A stretch of 64,000 nucleotides of DNA from a virus (Duplodnaviria; Caudoviricetes). Numbering within the stretch: the stretch's first letter is position 1; each line of letters begins with the position of its first letter. This document shows, one piece after another, positions 37,568-44,682 of this stretch. The translations under genes and the position numbers were made by a program. The stretch is from IMG/VR virus record IMGVR_UViG_3300002835_000001, positions 224,001 to 288,000 of that record; one strand, written 5' to 3'. The notes under the pieces were generated by a model. It made no database searches. It saw nothing but the letters and a program-made list of their open reading frames with translations, and was not told where the DNA came from.

Positions 37568-37718
37568 AAATAAATTTGACAATTATTTTTTAATTTAAAG
37601 TATTGTTCATATATTTGTTAAACAATGGTTGATTGGGATTTAACGGGGCTAGCGAATAGCGAGAAACGCCAATTATAAAAACAGATGTCCACACCCCCAT
37701 CTTCTGTTTTCCATAGTA

Positions 37719-37791
37719 GCCCGAATAGCTCAGTTGGTAGAGCAGCTGATTTGTAATCAGCAGGTCGTCAGTTCGAGTCTGACTTTGGGCT
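37719..37791 (+). tRNA. tRNA-Thr(UGU)
   Basis: GCCCGAA/TTTGGGC; GCTGA-TTTGTAA-TCAGC. Confidence 0.93.
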
Positions 37792-37794
37792 CAA

Positions 37795-37927
37795 CAGGTG
37801 ACGACGGTGGTGGAACCCCACTGTCTATAAATCTCAACACCCGCCTTGATTCGCGGTATTATAGCGGTGAGAGTAGAGTTATTACAAGTCGGGAGTAATT
37901 AACCCAATGACGAAAGTGTAACCACAG
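37795..37927 (+). ncRNA. Candidate structured ncRNA
   Basis: GC-richer non-coding gap with several hairpins; 16-mer shared with the large RNA. Confidence 0.4.
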
Positions 37928-37982
37928 ATATAGAAATATATTTGTTATGATGTACGAAAGGGTACGAAAAACCTGTTATTTT

Positions 37983-38055
37983 GGGATTGAGGTCAAACGG
38001 TTAAGATGTCGCCCTGTCACGGCGCACGGAGCGGGTTCAACTCCCGTCAGTCCCG
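37983..38055 (+). tRNA. tRNA-Asp(GUC)
   Basis: GGGATTG/CAGTCCC; CGCC-CTGTCAC-GGCG. Confidence 0.88.
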
Positions 38056-38057
38056 CA

Positions 38058-38258
38058 ATGAGTAAGAAGTACTCAGTAAGTTTGGTAACGTTCTTTCAAG
38101 ATGTTATGGTTGTCTCCTACCACGGCCTTAAGAGGGGGTCTCGGAATATGGGGGTAACAATCCCACCGAGTATGTTTGACTTTTTAAGCGGTAAGACGCG
38201 TTGGGTTTTTCAATAGGAAAAACTGTGAATATCTACTCACTGGGACTTCAGGTGGGAC
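38058..38258 (+). ncRNA. Candidate structured ncRNA between tRNA-Asp and tRNA-Ser
   Basis: CTCGG..CCGAG enclosing GGG-gtaacaa-TCCC; GTTTTTC-aatag-GAAAAAC; GTGA..TCAC. Confidence 0.4.
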
Positions 38259-38262
38259 AATT

Positions 38263-38348
38263 GGAAGGATGGCAGAGTTGGTCTATCGCGTCGGTCTTGA
38301 AAACCGAAGTACTGAAAGGTACCGTGGGTTCGAATCCTACTCCTTCCG
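38263..38348 (+). tRNA. tRNA-Ser(UGA)
   Basis: GGAAGGA/TCCTTCC, G73; TCGGT-CTTGAAA-ACCGA; long variable arm. Confidence 0.93.
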
Positions 38349-38353
38349 CATTT

Positions 38354-38425
38354 GCTCGGTTCGACTAGTGGTTAGGTCGCGTCCCTTTCACGGACGTAGC
38401 ACGGGTTCGAATCCCGTACCGAGTA
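38354..38425 (+). tRNA. tRNA-Glu(UUC)
   Basis: GCTCGGT/ACCGAGT; CGTCC-CTTTCAC-GGACG. Confidence 0.93.
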
Positions 38426-38442
38426 CTGAATATAATAAAAAC

Positions 38443-39084
38443 ATGGAGACAAAGATTATCAACGGAGATTTTAGAGATTGTGTGGTACCTGATGGTTTAG
38501 TGATAACTGACCCTCCATACAACCAAGAATATTCTTATAACGAATATAAGGATAAACTTACTGAAGAAGAATATATTGAACTACTATCTAAGATACCAAC
38601 TCCATGTGTAATCATTCATTATCCTGAAGAAACAATTAATTTGTTACCAAAAGCAATTAACGCAAAATGTGAACAAGTGGTTTGTTGGGTTTATAATTCT
38701 AACACGGGAAAACAAAGTCGATTAATTTCTTGGTGGGGATGTAAACCTGATTTTAAAAAGGTTAGGCAAGAATATAAAAATCTAAAAGACAAAAGAATTC
38801 AGAAAAGAATTGCTGAGGGTAAAACCGGAGCTAAACTTTATGATTGGTGGGAAATCAATCAAGTAAAAAATGTTAGCAAGGAAAAAACCGAACACCCTTG
38901 TCAAATACCCGAAGAATTAATTAGACGAATTATTCTTACAACGGCACAATCAAATCAAACAATCATTGATGTTTTCGGTGGTAGTGGTACAACATCAAAA
39001 GTCGCTAAAGAATTAGGATTTAATTCGATTAGTTACGAAATTGATGAGAAGTATTGTGAAATTATTAAGAATAGAATTACATAA
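38443..39084 (+). CDS. Amino-DNA methyltransferase (N4C/N6A, beta class); start reassigned to 38443
   Basis: TDPPYN catalytic motif precedes HPCQIP..IDVFGGSGTT SAM motif. Confidence 0.92.
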   Translation: METKIINGDFRDCVVPDGLVITDPPYNQEYSYNEYKDKLTEEEYIELLSKIPTPCVIIHYPEETINLLPKAINAKCEQVVCWVYNSNTGKQSRLISWWGCKPDFKKVRQEYKNLKDKRIQKRIAEGKTGAKLYDWWEINQVKNVSKEKTEHPCQIPEELIRRIILTTAQSNQTIIDVFGGSGTTSKVAKELGFNSISYEIDEKYCEIIKNRIT

Positions 39085-39166
39085 AAACTTTTACTTTTTT
39101 ATATTAAGATATTGATTTACAATATTTTATTTTGTATATTTGTTATATTACAAATATTTATAATAT

Positions 39167-39469
39167 ATGATAGATAAAATCACATTATCGTTAATGTTAT
39201 TTTTTAACACATTAACGTCATCTATCGACCCAAGTCTTTCTGATGAAAGAAAGTCTGTCAATCAAATAAAAAAACAGATTAAATCTCTTGAAAGAAAAAT
39301 TGAATGGGTTGAAGTAACAGATGAGAATTACGCTAGCAGGGCCGTCAAAACCAAAGGAATCACGGACGAGATTACCAAATTAAATGGTGAAATTGTAAAG
39401 ATTGAGAAGGTTGCAAATTTAAAAGATAAATGGGCTAAGGAAGATTCCTTAACCAAATCGAAAAAATGA
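39167..39469 (+). CDS. Exported/anchored coiled-coil protein
   Basis: Hydrophobic N-terminus, heptad pattern. Confidence 0.6.
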   Translation: MIDKITLSLMLFFNTLTSSIDPSLSDERKSVNQIKKQIKSLERKIEWVEVTDENYASRAVKTKGITDEITKLNGEIVKIEKVANLKDKWAKEDSLTKSKK

Positions 39470-39915
39470 AAAAAATTTTTTTAGTGCTAACGTTACTTTT
39501 GGGAGTGGAAGTCGTAGCAAATGGACAAGAGTGGTTTATAACTGCCACTCGAAAAGGCGGTCCATCAGATGGTTATATAACTGGTGGTTTTATGAAAAAA
39601 GGTTGGGGGTTTTATGCTGGTCTTCCTTATGGTGAAATAGGGGGTCCGAATGGTGGAATTTCAATTCCTCCTGGTGTTAATACCAAAACGGGAAACGTAT
39701 CTGATAACATGAAGTTCGGTGTTCTTAGACAATTAAAAGAAGATAAAGCAATTGTTGGATTTGGATTACAACCAACACTTGGTGGTAATAAACCAAATTT
39801 TCTTATAATGTACAATCCACTTAGGCCAAGTACCGTTATAAATTTATGGACAATTGGTAATTTAGTCGGTAGTGATTTCACATTAGGACTTGGTTTATCG
39901 TATAAAGTAAAATAA
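39466..39915 (+). CDS. Small exported beta-barrel-like protein
   Basis: Signal ..ANG/Q; Gly-rich strands; terminal LGLGLSYKVK. Confidence 0.65.
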   Translation: MKKIFLVLTLLLGVEVVANGQEWFITATRKGGPSDGYITGGFMKKGWGFYAGLPYGEIGGPNGGISIPPGVNTKTGNVSDNMKFGVLRQLKEDKAIVGFGLQPTLGGNKPNFLIMYNPLRPSTVINLWTIGNLVGSDFTLGLGLSYKVK

Positions 39916-39932
39916 ACATTTTTAGTTAAGTT

Positions 39933-39974
39933 AAAACCCTGAACAAACTAAAAAAAATTGTTCAGGGTTTTTTT
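39933..39974 (+). terminator. Intrinsic terminator
   Basis: AAAACCCTGAACAA...TTGTTCAGGGTTTTTTT. Confidence 0.85.
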
Positions 39975-39991
39975 ATACCATTTTTTTTTAT

Positions 39992-40015
39992 TATATTTGA
40001 ATTATAGTTCTTTGA
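39992..40015 (+). promoter_or_regulatory. Host-type promoter plus boxA-like element before tRNA-Leu
   Basis: TATATTTG 39992-39999; AGTTCTTTGA 40006-40015. Confidence 0.6.
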
Positions 40016-40034
40016 TTTATTGGAAAAACAAAAT

Positions 40035-40119
40035 GCCTGAGTGATGAAATGGTATACATGACAGACTTAAAATCTGTTGAGCAGAAACGCTCGTGCGGGT
40101 TCAAGTCCCGCCTCAGGTA
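40035..40119 (+). tRNA. tRNA-Leu(UAA)
   Basis: GCCTGAG/CTCAGGT; ACAGA-CTTAAAA-TCTGT; variable arm. Confidence 0.93.
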
Positions 40120-40120
40120 C

Positions 40121-40232
40121 AAATGTAATGATTCAGAAATGAGTGACGGAACGGACGCTACGTATGAAATGGAAACTTTTGAAGCACGTACAAAGGTGCT
40201 GATTTGAAACAAACCGTACAGACATTACATTT
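40121..40232 (+). ncRNA. Candidate ncRNA closed by a perfect 10-bp stem
   Basis: AAATGTAATG (40121-40130) pairs with CATTACATTT (40223-40232); inner AGCAC..GTGCT hairpin. Confidence 0.5.
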
Positions 40233-40271
40233 AAACACTATCGTTCTTTGAAAATAAAGGAGAAAATTAAT

Positions 40272-40520
40272 ATGGATATATTATCATTTATTTTAGGAAT
40301 GTCAATAGTTGTGGTTATCGCAGTTGCGGTAGTTGCGGTTATTGCCTTTGTTAAGGTTAATAAAACTAACAAAGAAATTGAAACGATTCATACCATTATG
40401 GGTAATGAATCCGAAAGGTCGCATAGAGAGCGTGAAGAAGCAATTCAAAATGTTTATAGAACATTAGATTCACGACTTGATAAACTTGAGAGTAAAATTA
40501 CAACAAGCCGTAAGGCATAA
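40272..40520 (+). CDS. Single-TM coiled-coil protein; probable start 40272
   Basis: MDILSFILGMSIVVVIAVAVVAVIAF TM; flanked by inverted repeats. Confidence 0.7.
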   Translation: MDILSFILGMSIVVVIAVAVVAVIAFVKVNKTNKEIETIHTIMGNESERSHREREEAIQNVYRTLDSRLDKLESKITTSRKA

Positions 40521-40560
40521 CGATTAAATAAAAACTTTCAAAGACGATAGTGTTATTTTT

Positions 40561-40634
40561 GGTTCCGTAGCTCAGTTGGATAGAGCAACATCCTTCTAAG
40601 ATGTGGGTCTTTGGTTCGAATCCAAACGGGATCA
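40561..40634 (+). tRNA. tRNA-Arg(UCU)
   Basis: GGTTCCG/CGGGATC; ACATC-CTTCTAA-GATGT. Confidence 0.93.
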
Positions 40635-40687
40635 CGTAATCATTGAAAAAAACGATATCAGATTTTATCGTTAGATTAAACGATAAT

Positions 40688-40761
40688 GGACTTGTAGCTC
40701 ACTAGGTTAGAGCGGCACACTCATAATGTGAAGGTAATAGGTTCGATTCCTATCTGGTCCA
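40688..40761 (+). tRNA. tRNA(CAU): Ile2 or elongator Met
   Basis: GGACTTG/CTGGTCC; CACA-CTCATAA-TGTG; identity not resolvable by eye. Confidence 0.8.
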
Positions 40762-40888
40762 CTATTTAAAGTATGGGATTCCGATGGAAGTCCGCAAGAA
40801 AAATAGATGTTTTTCATCCATCAAAAAATCATCATAGAGGCCGCTAAATCGAGTTAGTGAAAATCTACATTCTCTGTGATGATCATAT

Positions 40889-41039
40889 TGTAGTGTGACG
40901 AAATTGGCAAACGTGCCCTCCTGTCTCGGGGGCGTGGATAAAGAAATAGATTGATAATATTAGGGGGTAGACCACCAGCTTGCAAGCGTCATGTTATCAA
41001 TCGAATCTCCACTTGGTGGTTCGAATCCATCCACTACAG
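40889..41039 (+). tRNA. Non-canonical tRNA-like RNA with GUC loop and 82-nt variable arm
   Basis: TGTAGTG/CACTACA acceptor, G73; Leu/Ser-type D arm; CCCTC-CTGTCTC-GGGGG; GGTGG-TTCGAAT-CCATC T arm. Confidence 0.75.
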
Positions 41040-41095
41040 CTTTTTATAAATAAATTTTGTTTTGTCAATTTTATTTCTTATATTTTATTATAAAC

Positions 41096-41329
41096 ATGGA
41101 AAATATGAAATGTATTAAATTAATTAAAGCAAGTAAAGGTCACGAAATTGGTCAAATTTTAAGAGTAAACGATGATGAGGCAGATTTAAGAGTAAAAGGT
41201 GGTTATTGGTCATTTGCACCAAAGACCGAATATAAACTTTATAAGAATCCTGACTACAAAACAAAGAAGACATCTGAGAAAGTATCTTCTAAAAAAACCT
41301 TGAAAAAAAATAAAGTAGAAAATAATTAA
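41096..41329 (+). CDS. Small basic hypothetical protein
   Basis: Probable start MENMKC; Lys-rich tail. Confidence 0.55.
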   Translation: MENMKCIKLIKASKGHEIGQILRVNDDEADLRVKGGYWSFAPKTEYKLYKNPDYKTKKTSEKVSSKKTLKKNKVENN

Positions 41330-41336
41330 AAAATAT

Positions 41337-41417
41337 TTTGTTTTTTCAAAAAGTATTCGTATATTTGTAAAAGAAATCAGATAGATGGTTTCTAAAAACA
41401 AGAAATAGTTCTTTGAA
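41337..41417 (+). promoter_or_regulatory. Full Bacteroidota-type promoter plus boxA-like element before the large RNA
   Basis: TTTG 41337-41340, 19-nt spacer, TATATTTG 41360-41367; AGTTCTTTGAA 41407-41417. Confidence 0.75.
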
Positions 41418-41426
41418 TTAAAAATA

Positions 41427-42222
41427 TTGGCCGCCTATGGTCAACAAAATAAACCACGAAAGTGGGATAAAGTGATTTGGTTTGGTTAAATCAAGTTGCG
41501 GTTTCAGCAATGGAACTTGAGTAGGCAAACAGAATATCGTTGAACCTTAATTACCGAGGGTAACACTGTAGGGAAAGTGGTTTAATGACTAAGCAATCCG
41601 AGTTGTTTGGTTGAGGTGGGAACACCAATAAGAATAATCTGTAGAGTTATTACAAGAAGTAGGACGTCCAATCTTACAATTGTGTGACTCAATATGATGG
41701 GAATCTTAAAACCGAAAGGTATGGTGAAGTACGAGTGGTGTCGTTATCATCCTTAATTGAACTCTACCAAGGGTTTAGTTTTGAAGGGGTCCAAAAATAT
41801 GGTAGCAGGGATGTTACAGAGAGTAGTTTAGTATCGAGTTGTTCAAAAGATAACTTGGCTGGCAGACGAGCCACTACTTTCCAAATTCGGAACCAATAAC
41901 AATTGTTAATTACGGTTTAACAACTCAAACAACAAGGAAAAGTGCTCGTCAGTCGTTGGAGACAGGTGACTACACAGTCGAGAGAGGTTCTCGGCCACAA
42001 AGGGTCCAAACCCAATGTGATTTTTAAGAAAGTTCTCTAAGTTCGCAAGACTTAGTCGGGGTGGCAACCTCGAAGAGTAATGAGTATTAAAAGAGTATCT
42101 AACGACTTAAGGATTGGTTAATCTAATTGACCGTCGCTGATTGGTACTACTCAAAAGGTAGTGGATAAGAGAAGAAAAGATAATGTCTCTAAAGTCAATC
42201 GTTAAATGGTGTAATCTCAGCC
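41427..42222 (+). ncRNA. Large ornate ncRNA, GOLLD-like (~800 nt)
   Basis: No credible ORF, GC-richer than the flanks, GNRA hairpins, several long-range 7-bp pairings, beside a tRNA array, own promoter; family call from size, context and recalled 3' motifs. Confidence 0.72.
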
Positions 42223-42358
42223 TTTTCTTTTTTTAATTTTGTGTAAAATTAAATGGTGGAATCTAACGATATTAAAAACCGTTCGGCCCTAAAAAATTAG
42301 TCATAAGAAATTATGGCTTTTTTTGTGCTTTTAATAAAATTTTACTTATATTTGTTTT

Positions 42359-43111
42359 ATGAGAATAGTTTGTATATCAGACACACATAGTCTTCAGGAT
42401 TTAATGTCTCACCCAATCCCCAAGGGTGATATATTGATACATTCAGGGGATATTTCAAATAAAGGAGGTGAAAAGGATGTCACCAATTTTGTACATTGGT
42501 TTCAAAACATTGAGGGTTTTGATTCTAAGGTATTCATTGCCGGTAATCACGATTTTTGTTTTGAAAAAGTTAATCAACCTCATCACAAAGGTGATTATGA
42601 TTGGTTACATAATTTAATGTCGCCTGAGAATCTATCACAATCTAATGTTGAGTATTTGGAGGATAATTCATTTGTAATAGAGTCACCTGAATTTTCAAAA
42701 CTAATTAAAATTTACGGAAGTCCTTGGCAACCAAATTTTTACGATTGGGCATTTAATTTACCGAGAATGGGTGATGAACTTAAATCTAAATGGGATATGA
42801 TTCCTGATGATGTTAATATTTTAATCACTCACGGACCCCCAAATGAGATTAGAGATTTTGTAAGTAACTGGAGACAAGGTGATATGAATGTTGGTTGTGA
42901 ATTGTTAAGACACCAATTAGATAACAGAATTAAACCAGTACTACACGTATTTGGACATATCCACGGAGCATATGGTGCGGCACTAATTAAGGATACTCTT
43001 TATGTAAACGCATCAACTTGTACTGAAAGATACGAACCAACAAATAAACCAATCATTGTTGACTTAACTGAAGTTGATGGTAAATTAATTGCAACATATG
43101 TCGAAGAATAA
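42359..43111 (+). CDS. Calcineurin-like metallophosphoesterase
   Basis: CISDTH, IHSGD, AGNHD, ITHGPP, FGHIH; TATATTTG 4 nt upstream. Confidence 0.92.
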   Translation: MRIVCISDTHSLQDLMSHPIPKGDILIHSGDISNKGGEKDVTNFVHWFQNIEGFDSKVFIAGNHDFCFEKVNQPHHKGDYDWLHNLMSPENLSQSNVEYLEDNSFVIESPEFSKLIKIYGSPWQPNFYDWAFNLPRMGDELKSKWDMIPDDVNILITHGPPNEIRDFVSNWRQGDMNVGCELLRHQLDNRIKPVLHVFGHIHGAYGAALIKDTLYVNASTCTERYEPTNKPIIVDLTEVDGKLIATYVEE

Positions 43112-43781
43112 CCAACCAATTAGTGTTGTAATATCAACACGAAAAATTGATGATACGTATTTAAAACACGTAGAAAAAATGTTTTCACACCCTAAGACTC
43201 AAATATTAATTTATGAGAATGATGGTGTCGATTCTTTACCCAAAATTTACAATTTAGGATTACAAGAATCCGAACATGACATTGTTGTGTTTATGCATGA
43301 TGATCTTATTTTGGAAACAACAAACATTACACCGAAAGTTGTTAGATTATTTAATGAGAATCCTGAATATGGTATAATTGGATTGGCTGGTACCGATAAT
43401 CTAATAAGTGGGATGTGGTGGCAAGACAAAGAGTCGATGTATGGAGTTGTTGGTCACGAACACCAAGGTAAACGACATGTAAATCACTATTCAAAGAAAT
43501 CATTTGGCGATAAACCAAAGGAGGTTGCTATTGTTGATGGTTTATTCATGATGATACATAAAAAAAGAATTAAACACACATTCAACGAAGAGTTTAGTGG
43601 GTTTCATTTTTACGATTTACCGATATGTGTGGAAAACCACTTAGATGGTGTTAAAGTTGGTGTGACAACCAAAATTATGGTAACACATAAATCGATTGGT
43701 ATGGTAAATAAACAATGGGAAAAAAATAAGTTGTTTTTTGAGGCATTATATGAAAAACACTTCCCTTTAAGGGTTAACTGA
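43098..43781 (+). CDS. Glycosyltransferase family 2-like protein
   Basis: YN.GL..S..DIVVFMHDDL, GIIGLAG, V.IVDGLFM, FHFYD. Confidence 0.85.
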   Translation: MSKNNQPISVVISTRKIDDTYLKHVEKMFSHPKTQILIYENDGVDSLPKIYNLGLQESEHDIVVFMHDDLILETTNITPKVVRLFNENPEYGIIGLAGTDNLISGMWWQDKESMYGVVGHEHQGKRHVNHYSKKSFGDKPKEVAIVDGLFMMIHKKRIKHTFNEEFSGFHFYDLPICVENHLDGVKVGVTTKIMVTHKSIGMVNKQWEKNKLFFEALYEKHFPLRVN

Positions 43782-43823
43782 TTTTAGTACAATAACGGAT
43801 ATTTATATATAAAACAAACAATT

Positions 43824-44126
43824 ATGATGACAGTATTTTTAATTTTAATAGTTCTAGTAATAGCTGGAGCTGTAACATTTTTCCTAATGAAAAAAGGTAA
43901 AATCGAAGACAAAAACGGTAATAACATTCCTGATGTGGTTGAAGAAAAAATTGAGGATGTTAAAGAATTGGTTAATGTAGTTAAAGAAAGAGCAACAAGA
44001 GTCGTTGAAGAAACTAAAGATGTTGTTGAAGCGGCTAAAAAAGTTGTTAAACAATCTAAAGACGTAGTAGATGCAGCTAAGGGCAATGGTGCTCGTAAAG
44101 GAAGAAAACCATCTACTAAAAAGTAA
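43824..44126 (+). CDS. Single-TM protein with amphipathic repeat tail
   Basis: N-terminal TM; DKNGNNIPD; VVE(E/A)xK 11-mer-like repeats. Confidence 0.7.
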   Translation: MMTVFLILIVLVIAGAVTFFLMKKGKIEDKNGNNIPDVVEEKIEDVKELVNVVKERATRVVEETKDVVEAAKKVVKQSKDVVDAAKGNGARKGRKPSTKK

Positions 44127-44160
44127 ATTATTATACACATAGAAATTTAATGGGTTAAAA

Positions 44161-44207
44161 TTTGTTTTTTAACCCTTTTTTATCTATCTTTGTAAAAGTT
44201 CTTTAAA
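44161..44207 (+). promoter_or_regulatory. Full Bacteroidota-type promoter plus boxA-like element before tmRNA
   Basis: TTTG 44161-44164, 20-nt spacer, TATCTTTG 44185-44192; AGTTCTTTAAA 44197-44207. Confidence 0.78.
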
Positions 44208-44211
44208 ATAT

Positions 44212-44617
44212 GGGGATGCTTGGAATTGATTTCAGGTATCAGGGGTAAATGGCACGTAGTCAGACTTCATCTATGACTTAAATCTATGGTGGAAAATTTT
44301 AGACGGCAACGTTTATAAAAACATGGAAATTGCAGGTTTACTTGCAACTTCTAACGTAGAAGTAGCCTAAGGCAAAACTACAATCGGGTCGATGTACATA
44401 TAACCTAGGAACAGAAGTACTCAAGGTGTAATACCACCCAAAGATGTATTAGGAGTCTCGTTCAGGGGTCTACTCCAACACAAGTGAACCCGACACAGTT
44501 ATTGGTAACGATGTCAAAATAGGAACCAATTATTTGTCTGTTGTGAACTAACAGAATAAACGTGTAGTCATTTATTGTTGAACCGGGAAGACCGGAGTTC
44601 GAGTCTCCGCATCTCCA
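44212..44617 (+). ncRNA. ssrA: tmRNA
   Basis: GGGGATG/CATCTCC acceptor with G3-U70, A73; TTCGAGT T-loop; tag ORF 44305-44370; adjacent smpB. Confidence 0.93.
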
Positions 44618-44620
44618 CTC

Positions 44621-44652
44621 AAAGGGGTTTCATTAATTGGAACCCCTTTTTT
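44621..44652 (+). terminator. Terminator after tmRNA
   Basis: AAGGGGTTTC-attaattg-GAACCCC followed by T-run. Confidence 0.8.
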
Positions 44653-44682
44653 ATTTTAAAAAATTATACATATATTTGTAAT

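Noticed and set aside
37625-37712. Short paired region before tRNA-Thr (AAAACAGA..TCTGTTTT hairpin)
   Set aside because: Could be a leader or weak terminator; too little structure to call an RNA gene.
36513-38216. ORFs 36513-36803, 36739-37020 and 37947-38216
   Set aside because: They are translations across tRNA genes.
38269-38442. N-terminal extension of the methyltransferase ORF
   Set aside because: It overlaps tRNA-Ser and tRNA-Glu; the recognisable protein starts at ATG 38443.
40933-41014. Group I intron in the unusual tRNA
   Set aside because: 82 nt is too short for a catalytic core, and the insert is in the variable region, not the anticodon loop.
41684-41899. 71-aa ORF inside the large RNA
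   Set aside because: No protein features, and it lies within a densely paired RNA region.
44575-44682. N-terminal extension of SmpB
   Set aside because: It overlaps the tmRNA 3' end and terminator; the promoter and motif support a start at 44683.
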